A stretch of DNA of 64,000 nucleotides from the IMG/VR virus record IMGVR_UViG_3300025087_000034; one strand, given 5' to 3'. Source of the DNA: a virus. Taxonomy: Duplodnaviria > Caudoviricetes. The notes beneath the pieces were generated by a model. That model did no database searches, was not told where the DNA came from, and was given only the letters and a program-made list of their open reading frames with translations. The position numbers and the translations under genes are program-made. Position 1 is the first letter of the stretch; every line of letters begins with the position of its first letter. This document shows, in pieces, positions 27,139-37,291 of the stretch.

Positions 27139-28138
27139 TTAAACTTCCTAGATTGATAAGGCCGGCTTCTTTTAGTAGATCTGCTGCTTTCTTAGCATTG
27201 TCATCGGAAATATTACCTATCAGATTTAACAAAGATTCCTTGGAAAACTTACGACCAAATCTCAATATATTTCTAAAGTAATCTGACACAGTAAACAAAA
27301 CCTCGCTATCTTGTAGGGAGGGTGAACACGTAGCATTCATAATAAATACCCTGCCATCCTTGTCAGATACCAAATCGACAGCGGCGAAATCTAATCTGTA
27401 TTTATTCTGTAAGATTTTTGCTATATTCATTATAGTAGTATCTATACCTTCTTTTACAAATTGTTGTTCCGACCATGCAACAATGGCTTTTGTAGTGTCT
27501 TCTGTTATGAGTCCTTTTTCAAACATTTCGGTCAAGGCAGTCTTTACTTCTTCGCTTCTATTTAACATAAGAGTCTCTTTGTGGGAGAGTAATTTCTTAG
27601 ATGAGGAGATTCTACCAAGTATATTGTTCCCCATTATATCATGGCCGACGAATACTCGGTCAAAACCAGCCCTGTCAATGTGGTTGCAAGCAAAGGTAGC
27701 AGAGGGAATAGTCGTAGCTTGATTATAGTCGGTAGCATTTTTTATAACAGCTAACAAATCTCCTGACTTGGCTAGTATATCGAATTTTGTGCTACCAAAA
27801 AAGTCTCTCATACTAGTGTAGTTTCTATTAACTATCTTTCTATAATTACCGGTTAGTAATTCATGTTGAGTGCTTACGTCTGTTAGAAAAGCCTGTCTAT
27901 GTGCAAGTAAGTCTGCCGAGCTTGGTAGATTGAACATCCTTGTTTCGTCTATTTCTACTCCCTCTGTATCCACCAATCCGTAAAAGATTATTTTAGTTTC
28001 CGGCTCTCGTATGATATTGCGAAGTTCCTCCGTTAATTCCGCGAAGGAACCAACGGCTATCTCGGCATCTACAGCCTGAGCTAAAAATATAGCAGAAGTG
28101 TCTACGGAGTGGGTACACCAAACTATTGTTGTTGACAT
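27128..28138 (-). CDS. Degenerate ATP-grasp-like protein
   Basis: FAAVDLV..GRVFIMNATCSPSL parallels the 20049 gene but ExN is replaced. Confidence 0.55.
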   Translation of the reverse strand: MSTTIVWCTHSVDTSAIFLAQAVDAEIAVGSFAELTEELRNIIREPETKIIFYGLVDTEGVEIDETRMFNLPSSADLLAHRQAFLTDVSTQHELLTGNYRKIVNRNYTSMRDFFGSTKFDILAKSGDLLAVIKNATDYNQATTIPSATFACNHIDRAGFDRVFVGHDIMGNNILGRISSSKKLLSHKETLMLNRSEEVKTALTEMFEKGLITEDTTKAIVAWSEQQFVKEGIDTTIMNIAKILQNKYRLDFAAVDLVSDKDGRVFIMNATCSPSLQDSEVLFTVSDYFRNILRFGRKFSKESLLNLIGNISDDNAKKAADLLKEAGLINLGSLSEL

Positions 28139-28148
28139 CTCTTTGCTC

Positions 28149-29378
28149 CTAAAGGGATTTTCCGGCTAACCAACCGCGTTTAAGGTCTAATTGAGAGGCC
28201 TTTAATGGTACTTGTTTCCTGCAGCATATCTTTATAAACCCATCTATTTCACTCTTATATAAAGGATAGGTAGACATTTGTTTTAGTTTATTGTGTATGG
28301 ATAAAACTAGGGAAGTTGGAACATCTGATATGGAAGAGTTATTTACTATATTTCGTACATATTCTGTATCCATACAATCAAAGTATCTCTGTATATTGTT
28401 CTTATTGTCAACTAGCATTAAAAAATCTTTATTGTAATTGTTGTCTTCATATTTTTTCCATATTTCTTCAACCACTGCTTTTGTGGTTGCTATGGTAACC
28501 AAAGCAAGTGTTGGATGCACAAACCAGATTCCACTTGGAACTCGCCATTCAAATTTTATGTCACCACTTCTCATTGCTCCAAAACAACCGTAGTCCTTTT
28601 CTTTTAGTCTGCGTTCCGAGGCTACTGGGGTATCCAATCTTACGAGAGGAAGAGCTACAAACTCGTCTAATATTCTTACTATTCTAGCTTGTATCATTTT
28701 ATCCGGATGCTTTGCCCCACCTTCTATGTTTGGCAGGCCTAAATGAATGTGCCCTCCTATGTAATAACGACGGTCCATGTCTGGGTGCCAGAAACTAGCC
28801 CCACCCACCCAATCATAGTTTTCTATTTTGTGCCCCTCTGTTTCAAATATATTTTTCATGTTTTCTACTAGTTGCTTAGAGTTGTTACTAGGAGGCGGCC
28901 TCATTTCAGCGCAAGGACCATCACTACCCAGAACAGCCTGTTTTTTAGCCGGGTCATCAAATTCATATCCTAGACCATCATCTCCATATTCTGCCGTACC
29001 GTCTTTATTAACTAGAATGAACTCTGGGTCACATCCTATCATTATTTTTTCAACTTGTTCAGAGACCCATATTTTTTTATATTTATCTATTTTTCCCATT
29101 ATTTTATTATAGGTTTTTGTGGTCACAAACCCTATAGTTTTAGTATTTTCCATCCCTTCATTAGCAAGGTCTTCATTAATAGCTTGACCTATTTTTAATT
29201 TTATGTTTTCTAATACGCCTTCTACTTTTATATATGTAGTATCTCCCCCTGATGGTCTATAATGTAATCGTGCTCTTTTAGAAAGTCTTATAAAATCATG
29301 CTCCAGTCTATTTCTTTCTGCTCGTAGATTCATTATTTCTGATGGTTTCAAAAATAATTGCATTTTTGTTTCCCGCAT
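28149..29378 (-). CDS. phiEco32-like COOH-NH2 ligase type 2
   Basis: IGCDPEFIL, GSDGPCAEMRP, GGHIHLG, FEWRVPSG. Confidence 0.85.
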   Translation of the reverse strand: MRETKMQLFLKPSEIMNLRAERNRLEHDFIRLSKRARLHYRPSGGDTTYIKVEGVLENIKLKIGQAINEDLANEGMENTKTIGFVTTKTYNKIMGKIDKYKKIWVSEQVEKIMIGCDPEFILVNKDGTAEYGDDGLGYEFDDPAKKQAVLGSDGPCAEMRPPPSNNSKQLVENMKNIFETEGHKIENYDWVGGASFWHPDMDRRYYIGGHIHLGLPNIEGGAKHPDKMIQARIVRILDEFVALPLVRLDTPVASERRLKEKDYGCFGAMRSGDIKFEWRVPSGIWFVHPTLALVTIATTKAVVEEIWKKYEDNNYNKDFLMLVDNKNNIQRYFDCMDTEYVRNIVNNSSISDVPTSLVLSIHNKLKQMSTYPLYKSEIDGFIKICCRKQVPLKASQLDLKRGWLAGKSL

Positions 29379-29395
29379 TATAAGTCTCCCAAAGA

Positions 29396-31255
29396 TTAGT
29401 TCATAGTTTTATTAGTTGGGGTCTTAAATACACTAAGATTCAATTCCTTAGCGGCACTAATTTCGTCTATGTCAAGGACGTCTGCTAGTTTATTCTCGTC
29501 AATTTGTCCAGTCTCTGCAAACAAATTTTGCTTAGATAACAAAGCAGACAAAACTAATCGTAGATTCCGCACCAATTTAGTTGCGGATTCCAACTTGATA
29601 TTTAATGATATTCTGTCTTCCGTATTTTTGAAGAAGGTCTTTTCCATACTGACTACTTTTATTTTGAGGTCTTCAACCTTCTTTTTCTCCTCAAGGGCTT
29701 CGTCTGCAGACACTGTTTCATATTCACTGGTGCCTTGTTCATAACCTGCACTATAACCATATGCGTATCCTTCGGGAAAGATCTTTTCATAGCAAGCAAC
29801 CAAAATCTTTAAGGCCTCTGTTTCATCTTCAATATCTACTAACCAGGACTTTAATAATTCTTTTACATCTACCTCGCCAATTTTCGCTATAGTAGCCTTA
29901 CCTTCAGTTTCTATAGCAACACTATGTAAACACTCTAATCCAAAGGCTATTCGTTCATCCCAAGAATAGGAGCACGAAGGGTCGTCTTCCACTATTTCAG
30001 TTTCTATTTCTATATCCTCGTAAACATCCTCATTGTCTGCACATATACCAGGCAAAGTTATCTCTAACAAACTTCCTTCCTCGTCTTTAGACTTATCTTC
30101 TATTGTGTTATTTCCACTAGGATAGGATGCATTAGTTTCGCTAGGAAAGGAGGTACTAAATTTTTCTGTAGCAGCCCTGGTATCCTTAGTTGCATTAGTT
30201 TTTACTCCATTGTCATATTTTGTGATAGTCTGTGGGGTACCCCTAGCACAGCTGTATATTTTTTCTACTTTTATTAGATCCTCTGGTATTGTTTTGGAGT
30301 TTACTTCTGTATCCAAATCCAGTATGAAGACTCCTGATTCTATAGAGGAGGGACTGCTTACTGTCTTACCATACCAAGTCTTACTAAGGTAGGGAAAGAC
30401 CTCCCCCACATTTCCTAGTTCTATTTTGGTACCCTCTTTAGTATTTACTATCATGCTAGTCTTGTATTCTCTATTACGCCAGCGGTCATAATTTTCCATG
30501 GCTGCTACTAAGTATTTTCTTTCCGATACCATAACCAAGCAACCTAATTCAGGGATATAGGCACCCTCCATGGGTTTTTGACCCTCCCTCAGGCAACCTA
30601 CTTTGGATGGGTTCCCTGTTGTATAGGACATTACGGCAAATTCCCCAATAAGTTCGTTGTGTGTAGTTTTTAAGTTTTCTATTGTAAAGTTGTTTTTATA
30701 TTCTGCTATGAGTTGGAAAATAATTTCACTATCTACTTTTCCTATTCTTTCGATTCCATGTTTTGCAAATAAGGCATCATCATTGGATATACTACCGTTA
30801 TGAACACCGACTATGGTATCTTGGGTTAATCTTTTGTTTTCTTTATCTAGATTTTTTGAAGTAATTATTACTGGGTGGTTGTTATGCGGATTATGTGGGT
30901 CCCCCTTCGTACTTTTTCTTACGTGTCCGAGGATTTGCTTTATTCTTTTCTCCCCAATTTTTCTAAACCACATATCCATAAACCAAGAAAAATTAGTTTC
31001 TTTATCCGTCGGATTTATATACTCGTCTCCCCAGCTACTAGGATCTCTAGCAAAGAAAGAGGAGGCTACTGGTTGTTTTACTATCAATGTTTTCTTATCT
31101 TCCCATAACAAAGCTACCCCAGTAGCGTCTGCTCCACGAGGTTCCATTGCTACCAAGGTTTCCAATAGTAGAAATCTTTGTATCAAGACCTCTACAATTG
31201 GGTCTATAGATTTTTCCGTATTGTTATATGAAAAAAGACCAAATATTCCGCACAT
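29396..31255 (-). CDS. Class II (Ntn) glutamine amidotransferase with acidic C-terminal extension
   Basis: MCGIFG, RGADATG, GHVRKST, NNHPV, VHNGSI, VDSEII. Confidence 0.9.
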   Translation of the reverse strand: MCGIFGLFSYNNTEKSIDPIVEVLIQRFLLLETLVAMEPRGADATGVALLWEDKKTLIVKQPVASSFFARDPSSWGDEYINPTDKETNFSWFMDMWFRKIGEKRIKQILGHVRKSTKGDPHNPHNNHPVIITSKNLDKENKRLTQDTIVGVHNGSISNDDALFAKHGIERIGKVDSEIIFQLIAEYKNNFTIENLKTTHNELIGEFAVMSYTTGNPSKVGCLREGQKPMEGAYIPELGCLVMVSERKYLVAAMENYDRWRNREYKTSMIVNTKEGTKIELGNVGEVFPYLSKTWYGKTVSSPSSIESGVFILDLDTEVNSKTIPEDLIKVEKIYSCARGTPQTITKYDNGVKTNATKDTRAATEKFSTSFPSETNASYPSGNNTIEDKSKDEEGSLLEITLPGICADNEDVYEDIEIETEIVEDDPSCSYSWDERIAFGLECLHSVAIETEGKATIAKIGEVDVKELLKSWLVDIEDETEALKILVACYEKIFPEGYAYGYSAGYEQGTSEYETVSADEALEEKKKVEDLKIKVVSMEKTFFKNTEDRISLNIKLESATKLVRNLRLVLSALLSKQNLFAETGQIDENKLADVLDIDEISAAKELNLSVFKTPTNKTMN

Positions 31256-31270
31256 GTACGAGGGACTCCT

Positions 31271-31945
31271 TTATCCGAGGTCCAAGGGGATTTCTGTAGA
31301 ATATTCTGGGCAAAAAGATTCGACCCAAAAAAATTCTTTTAATCCGTGGTTTGTAAATATGATATCACCTAGAGAAAGGGAAGTTGAATTTTTACGGTAT
31401 AGTTTAGCCCATATGCCTTCGCATTTTTGCCATTCTTCACAAAGTACGTCCTCTGTTCTGGATAGAGATAACAAAATATTAATTGGATCCTTTACAGAAT
31501 TAAGCCCCTCTTTGTCCCAAAAAAGTACGTAGGTATTTCTATACTTTTTTCTTAGAGTCGGCAGTATCATTTTTTTTATTTTTGCAAGGTCTTTCACTAT
31601 CGTGTAGTCTTTATATAGGGGTAAAATAGCCTCTATGTCGGTGTATTCTACTAGATAACATGTAAACTTTTTGTAGCTGACCTTTTGTAATTCTTCAGTC
31701 TTAATTGTCTGGTATACGTATTTATTGTGGGGAACTTTAGTGGCAATAGGTAAAGAATGAGGAAAGAATACCAATGTTTCAGATTGTTTTTTATAGTCCG
31801 TAGTAAAACCCAAAGGTGAAGCTATACAGGAGTTAGTCAGTGCACTATTATCATAGACAGCAATTATATCTATATTATTAAACGGAAATGGGTATGGATA
31901 TATTAGTTTGGTCCCTAATTTTAGATTTGGCAGTAGGGAAGGCAT
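31271..31945 (-). CDS. Hypothetical protein, possible YodL-like C-terminus
   Basis: TSLSLGDII..FFWVESF resembles the SLSVSDVV..YYVDSFGF pattern. Confidence 0.4.
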   Translation of the reverse strand: MPSLLPNLKLGTKLIYPYPFPFNNIDIIAVYDNSALTNSCIASPLGFTTDYKKQSETLVFFPHSLPIATKVPHNKYVYQTIKTEELQKVSYKKFTCYLVEYTDIEAILPLYKDYTIVKDLAKIKKMILPTLRKKYRNTYVLFWDKEGLNSVKDPINILLSLSRTEDVLCEEWQKCEGIWAKLYRKNSTSLSLGDIIFTNHGLKEFFWVESFCPEYSTEIPLDLG

Positions 31946-32787
31946 TTTTCAACCCAATCGGATGAATAGCCTTTGGTAGTCATAGGCTCAAGAATAAGGG
32001 CCTCATTTTTCTTTAGGAGGATTTCTTGAGCATCTAAGAATATATGCCCCGCTTTATTAGTGTCTATGCCTATAATAGTGTCATTTAATAGTTGTTCATT
32101 GTTTGATATGAAGACTAAGTCCTGCCATTTCTTTGTTTTTATTGTCAGATTATCCGATTTTTTTGCGATAAATAGTCTAATTGTGTCTGTAGCAAACACT
32201 ATATAAAAATAGTTACCATGACATATAGAGGCAGCCTTCTTAAAGGCTTCTTTTATAGGTGCTCCTTCTACAATGAACTTTCCTGTCAAAGCGAGAACCA
32301 AATCAACTTTGCTGGGTAATGTTTGTAGGTTTATACGATATTGCTTGGCTATTTTTTCTACGGATTTAATATTACCCATGCCAAACCCTATCATATTACC
32401 CATTTTTATAGGGGCTGTTTCTTTGTGGGTTTCTTTTGTTAGTATTCCGGCTATCAATGCAGTTGGGTTAATTATATCATTGTTTATTATATTTAAGAAC
32501 TTGAGGTTATCTACTAGTTTTCCTTTAGAAAGAATTTCTTTTATAGTAATTAGTCCTGTTTTGTATGGTCTGACAGAGTTGGCATTTTGAAAGATGGAAT
32601 TAGTACTATGGAGAGTAGAATTAAATACAGATAAGGAGCATAGTGGATTTTCCATGCCAAGTAAAGCAATGTTAAAGAAGGTTTTTATCACAGTTTGCTT
32701 ATCAGTAGCTGGGGAAGATTGAACAGCATGGGTATATTCTTTGGGCTTAGACAAACAAATGAGTAGGGTGGTGTTATGGTCGTACAT
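31921..32787 (-). CDS. Probable inactive class II amidotransferase-like (Ntn) paralog
   Basis: IGFGMGNIK / SKVDLV / EAFKKAASICHGNY follow GAT-II spacing; no N-terminal Cys, no HNG. Confidence 0.4.
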   Translation of the reverse strand: MYDHNTTLLICLSKPKEYTHAVQSSPATDKQTVIKTFFNIALLGMENPLCSLSVFNSTLHSTNSIFQNANSVRPYKTGLITIKEILSKGKLVDNLKFLNIINNDIINPTALIAGILTKETHKETAPIKMGNMIGFGMGNIKSVEKIAKQYRINLQTLPSKVDLVLALTGKFIVEGAPIKEAFKKAASICHGNYFYIVFATDTIRLFIAKKSDNLTIKTKKWQDLVFISNNEQLLNDTIIGIDTNKAGHIFLDAQEILLKKNEALILEPMTTKGYSSDWVEKCLPYCQI

Positions 32788-34378
32788 ATGTACCTGACTC
32801 TTTATCCCAAATTACGCCGTTGGTTGTTTGTAAATATAAAATCCCAAGTTTTACTTGTTCTGTTTTAGCTCCTATAATTTCACTAACAGTGCTTATCCAC
32901 TCTAGTTCGTTAGAACACTCATCAATAAGGGCGGTATCTATTGTTTCTGAGATTTTATCAAGAACTATCTTACTTATTTTGTTTTTGTTCTTCACTAAAT
33001 CTTTTTCTATCTTGTCCCAAGAGTCGCCTTCACTTAACCTATACGAACAAGGTCGCTCGGCTAATTCTAGTAGTATGTTAAAGGAATTTCCGTGTCCTCT
33101 AAGTTCCGGCTTTAATAGATTAACCATCTCTTTTGCTTGTAATCTAACCTTTTCCACGTAGGGTTCAAAGTTCTTGGTATTACTATGTCTAGGTCCCCCA
33201 TAGTCTCCATAATTGTTTAAAAGTTTTTCTTGTATTTCACTTGCCTCATCCATATAGTCTGTATCGCCACTATGTAAAATACCATAGGTACTGAAAGACA
33301 CGGCCTTTATAAGTAGCGAATATACAAGGAGGGATATTGCTGTTATAGCGGAAGGGGACAGCAGGCCATCACAGAAGCGGGCTTCTAGGTGTAGTTTTTC
33401 TATAGCTTCTTTGGAATCAAATTCTATATTGGAGTAGTTTATAAAAGAATATCTGCCCTTGGTGCCATCTGACTCGCTTATTTCTTTTATAATAGATTTC
33501 ATATTTCTACGTAGAGCGGAAAACTTTAGTATTGTGTGTCTGAATTTTGCCCATCTAGTAAGAGTATCCTTGGAAGTACCCGCAGAGGAGATCCAAACTA
33601 GGGCATTATGGTAACGTCTGATAAGTTGGTGAAAGTTTGTCAATATAATTTCCGGCATAGCTCTTTCGAGTTCTATTATATTATGTTTATTATTGACTCC
33701 CTTTTTGTATATTGGTATCACTTCCCCCCTATCGTTGAAACCAATATTATAGTATCCTGATAAAAGATGTATGTGGGTGCTAGCTCTTTCATCTACGTAA
33801 GCACCCTTAGCTATACATTTGTCTATAATATTCTTTGTTTGTTCTAATAACATATCGTAGCTTACTCTCCTACCCACCGTTGTAACTTCAACGCCTCCGT
33901 CTCCCTTTAAGCTGCCATCTTTTACGATTTGGAATACTCCGTTATCGCCAATCTTAAGAAGGTTTTCCGATGGAGTCAGTTCCTTAACAAGCTTAGCTCG
34001 TACATGGGAGGGATTTTTATTCTCGTCCAGAAAGAGGGCACATTTGGTACAGTCCCTTATGGCATCCTTGCATGTAAAGCAAGGAGAGTAAAATTCCACG
34101 CAGTATATTCCTGGGCATTCATATTTTTGTCTTAGAGTACAATGCTTATAGGAAGCACATTTGGTGAAACACTTGGAGTTTTCTTTTTGGGGATGAGAGC
34201 ACGGGCATAGAAAGCTCTTACCATTACAGTTGCCTGTTTTTTCTAGCAGGTTTAGTTCGTGTTCGAGCCCTATTTTTAGAGTAGCTTCCAATATTCTTTT
34301 CCAATAATTAGCTTCCTCCGATAGCAAACAGGGCCTGTTCTTTTTCTTTGTGAATACTAACTTCTGATTTTGTTTCAT
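32774..34378 (-). CDS. Putative amidoligase (glutamine-synthetase/glutamate-cysteine-ligase-like fold) with Cys-rich insert
   Basis: KIGLEHE, KDGSL..GGVEVTT, ASTHIHL, RYSFIN, LEARF. Confidence 0.8.
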   Translation of the reverse strand: MKQNQKLVFTKKKNRPCLLSEEANYWKRILEATLKIGLEHELNLLEKTGNCNGKSFLCPCSHPQKENSKCFTKCASYKHCTLRQKYECPGIYCVEFYSPCFTCKDAIRDCTKCALFLDENKNPSHVRAKLVKELTPSENLLKIGDNGVFQIVKDGSLKGDGGVEVTTVGRRVSYDMLLEQTKNIIDKCIAKGAYVDERASTHIHLLSGYYNIGFNDRGEVIPIYKKGVNNKHNIIELERAMPEIILTNFHQLIRRYHNALVWISSAGTSKDTLTRWAKFRHTILKFSALRRNMKSIIKEISESDGTKGRYSFINYSNIEFDSKEAIEKLHLEARFCDGLLSPSAITAISLLVYSLLIKAVSFSTYGILHSGDTDYMDEASEIQEKLLNNYGDYGGPRHSNTKNFEPYVEKVRLQAKEMVNLLKPELRGHGNSFNILLELAERPCSYRLSEGDSWDKIEKDLVKNKNKISKIVLDKISETIDTALIDECSNELEWISTVSEIIGAKTEQVKLGILYLQTTNGVIWDKESGTYVRP

Positions 34379-35432
34379 GTTTCAACCATTTAAGTATGAG
34401 TGGTGCCTCGTGCTCCTCGGGTTTATAACTTATGTTTTGCATATATTCACCAGCTAGGTTGCCAATATTTTCTTCTATTTTTTTCATTTCTTCTTTCATC
34501 TTATTCTTATTTCTACTGTAGTACATATCTTGTACTTTAGTTGTATCTGGTAATTTATATAGTTTAGCTATGTAATCTTTGTCAGATATTTTTTCTGTTC
34601 TTTTCCAAGCAAGGCTTTCTTTATAAACTGTGTTTAGGATGTTTTCCATAAGGACAAAAGAAGTTGTTAGTAGGCTTAGTGCAAGTCGTGGGGACTTCAA
34701 ATAATATCCCCCTGGGGTTCTATACTCCAAAGTTCTTCTACTTAAGCGGTAGTCTCCTAACTTGCCATAATCTTTTGACAATCTTCTACTATCATTGCTA
34801 TCTATAAAAGCACTTGGAATACCAATATAGTAATCTAATATGGACACCATATTCTTTATTATTTTATCAGTGTTATTTGGGGCAAATAGAAGAAGGTCTT
34901 CAGGAAGACCAAGGTGAACGTGAAAACCACATACACGATTATACAGACAAGACCCCGCAATGGGAAACAAGCCTTTCGGTAGTGTAGTATAAATTTTTAA
35001 TACTTGGTTTTTTAGATTTTCCAGGTGCTGCTCCGGAGATAAAGCAAAATCTGGACGTAATTCCCCTAATTCGCCATCACACCCTATTTGGCTGTCGAAT
35101 GGAAGGACGGAAGAGGCATCTACTAATGTTCCTTTACGATTTACAATAAAGAATTCAGGGTCGGACCCTATTGTTAGATCGTGCTTCTCTATATATATGT
35201 TTTTTCCTGGATTGTATATTATAGGGGATAATACGTTGACAAATATATTCTTATTCCCGTGAGAGACAATATCTTCTTTTATAGCAGGGCAAACTAATAA
35301 ACTAAATTTTCCAACCGCGGTATCAAATATTAACCAATCACCATGGTCGATACCATAAGATAGCATTATTTCTCTTGGTACTCTAACCTGGTGCATTGCG
35401 CATGAAGTAGACGGAACAGCAGTAAGAAACAT
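34308..35432 (-). CDS. Second phiEco32-like COOH-NH2 ligase type 2, with a small N-terminal domain
   Basis: TIGSDPEFFI, GCDGELGELRP, GFHVHLG, LEYRTPGG. Confidence 0.85.
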   Translation of the reverse strand: MFLTAVPSTSCAMHQVRVPREIMLSYGIDHGDWLIFDTAVGKFSLLVCPAIKEDIVSHGNKNIFVNVLSPIIYNPGKNIYIEKHDLTIGSDPEFFIVNRKGTLVDASSVLPFDSQIGCDGELGELRPDFALSPEQHLENLKNQVLKIYTTLPKGLFPIAGSCLYNRVCGFHVHLGLPEDLLLFAPNNTDKIIKNMVSILDYYIGIPSAFIDSNDSRRLSKDYGKLGDYRLSRRTLEYRTPGGYYLKSPRLALSLLTTSFVLMENILNTVYKESLAWKRTEKISDKDYIAKLYKLPDTTKVQDMYYSRNKNKMKEEMKKIEENIGNLAGEYMQNISYKPEEHEAPLILKWLKHETKSEVSIHKEKEQALFAIGGS

Positions 35433-35449
35433 GCACCACCTCTTATGAA

Positions 35450-36820
35450 TTAATGATAACGAATTAACATATTTTTCTGTTCGTAAGCAGCTTTCCTTTT
35501 CCAGAATTGATTTTTAAACATTTTTATATTGTCTACATAATCGTAGACAATAGCATTTTCTTTTCCTTCCAACGGTCTCTCAATCCTGCCAGTTGACTGA
35601 ACTATTAGGCTAGAACTCTTTAGGGGGGCGGCGAGAAATAAGCGACTTGAAGGTTTATAATTAAAACCCTCAGCTAGAAGGCCATAGGTTACTATAAGTA
35701 TTTTTGTTTCTCCAGAGAGAAACCCTTCTATCTGTTTATCCCTAATCTTATTTGTCTGTTTGGAATGCGGAGAAGCAACAGTTATCCCCAAACTATTAAA
35801 GATATCTGTTAGAATATCTATATGTTTAGTGGTAACAGTTAATACCATACAGGTATTTTCTAGACCATACTCATATAGTATATCTGATACTATGAGATTG
35901 TTTCTTCTTTCATTAGTAGAAATATATTCTATTAGATCTGCATAGTTGGCTCCCCATAACTTCTTCGTAGCGGTAATTTCAGTATAGTGTACTAAGACAG
36001 AAGAATTTATTATTCTATTTGCATCTACTGCATCCTTATGCTTTATTGTTGTTACTACTGGTCCTATGTAATTAAACATCAAAGGATCTAATCCATCTTC
36101 TCTATACGGGGTAGCTGTAATTCCATATAAAAATCTAGGAGAAAATCCACAGATAACCTTTAAGAAAGTAGAGGAAGGAACATGTTGGCATTCATCAACA
36201 AGTATTAATCCAAAAGAATATTTAAGTTCTTTTATTAGTTCTTTGTTACGAACTAGTGTGGGAACCATACCTATAGTAAGTATATCCCCAAGTGCCTTCT
36301 TACTCTCTCCTATAATTCCTATTTTTCCTACTTCTATAAATTTCTCTATCTCTTTCTTAACTTGTTTAACAAGGGGCCCCCTATGAGTTAGCCATAGTGT
36401 GGGTAACCCTAGTCTGGCTATGACTTCCAAAGCCATTACAGTTTTTCCACTTCCTGCGGGGGCTATGCCAATACCCTGTCGGTGGGAAACTAAACTCTCA
36501 ACCCAGGGTATTTGTATAGGTTCCAACTTTATGTTATTATTTATTAATCTTTTACTGAAATTGGCGGTAGTGTCTTCTATAACATTTATACTATTAGTTA
36601 TTTCTGTAGCCCTATAGAGATAGCCTCTAGGAACTATTATGCCTTCGGTTATTTCTGAATATTGTTTTATGAATTTTGGTATACCGAAGGTTCGTCTGCC
36701 AAATTGTATAGCAGATTTCCACGCAGGATTCGGGAAGGTTAGGTCTTTTCTAAATTGGTCTAGTTCAGTTTTTGATATGTTTGTTATAGTTAAGTCTTTG
36801 TCAATTTTGACATCCATCAA
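35450..36820 (-). CDS. Superfamily II DNA/RNA helicase (UvsW/SSL2-like)
   Basis: APAGSGKT, DECQH, TATPYREDG, EGFN, QSTGRIER. Confidence 0.92.
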   Translation of the reverse strand: MMDVKIDKDLTITNISKTELDQFRKDLTFPNPAWKSAIQFGRRTFGIPKFIKQYSEITEGIIVPRGYLYRATEITNSINVIEDTTANFSKRLINNNIKLEPIQIPWVESLVSHRQGIGIAPAGSGKTVMALEVIARLGLPTLWLTHRGPLVKQVKKEIEKFIEVGKIGIIGESKKALGDILTIGMVPTLVRNKELIKELKYSFGLILVDECQHVPSSTFLKVICGFSPRFLYGITATPYREDGLDPLMFNYIGPVVTTIKHKDAVDANRIINSSVLVHYTEITATKKLWGANYADLIEYISTNERRNNLIVSDILYEYGLENTCMVLTVTTKHIDILTDIFNSLGITVASPHSKQTNKIRDKQIEGFLSGETKILIVTYGLLAEGFNYKPSSRLFLAAPLKSSSLIVQSTGRIERPLEGKENAIVYDYVDNIKMFKNQFWKRKAAYEQKNMLIRYH

Positions 36821-36825
36821 ATCTT

Positions 36826-37075
36826 CAACGCGAGTACCCCGAGCTTTAGCTCTGGGGAGGAAGCGCTCCTCCTTGTTGTATTAGTAAAGTTTTACGACCT
36901 TTTAACCAAACAGTAGTCATGGCTTTAGGTCACTTATGATTCGTAATTAGCTGGTTTGTTATCCCCAGTCTTCCTAGATTTTACTTGAGTAATGCTTTGG
37001 CTTTCCTTTTTTGGAATTATTTCCTAGTAAGCAAGGACTTGAAAGCCCCCGTTTTTAGGCGGGGGGTTATTTATA
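36826..37075 (-). mobile_element. Non-autonomous IS200/IS605-family (IscB-type ends) mini-element
   Basis: Minus-strand 5' end ATAACCCCCCGCCTAAAAACGGGGGCTT and 3' end GGAGGAGCGCTTCCTCCCCAGAGCTAAAGCTCGGGGTACTCGCG resemble recalled IscB-element subterminal hairpins; no ORF inside. Confidence 0.65.
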
Positions 37076-37081
37076 GTCCTC

Positions 37082-37291
37082 TTACAAGGTCGTAGAACCC
37101 ATCTCTTTAGGGGTGGGATATAAGGCCTTTTGATAGTCCTCACTTTCTTTTTTTACTATATTTGTAACTTCTACTTCGTATCCTCCTTCTTCTAAGTTTT
37201 TTCTATGTCTGTCTCTAAGTTTCATAAATTCATAGTATTCTTTCATGGATTCAAATGTTCTTCCTGGAAATAGGGGAACAGTGAAAGCCAC
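37082..37291 (-). CDS. Hypothetical protein
   Basis: 69-aa ORF coupled to ssb. Confidence 0.5.
   Translation of the reverse strand: MAFTVPLFPGRTFESMKEYYEFMKLRDRHRKNLEEGGYEVEVTNIVKKESEDYQKALYPTPKEMGSTTL

Noticed and set aside
34308-34378. Programmed frameshift joining the two ligase ORFs (71-bp overlap)
   Set aside because: A GGAGG near the upstream stop suggests a later start for the downstream gene; no slippery site identified.
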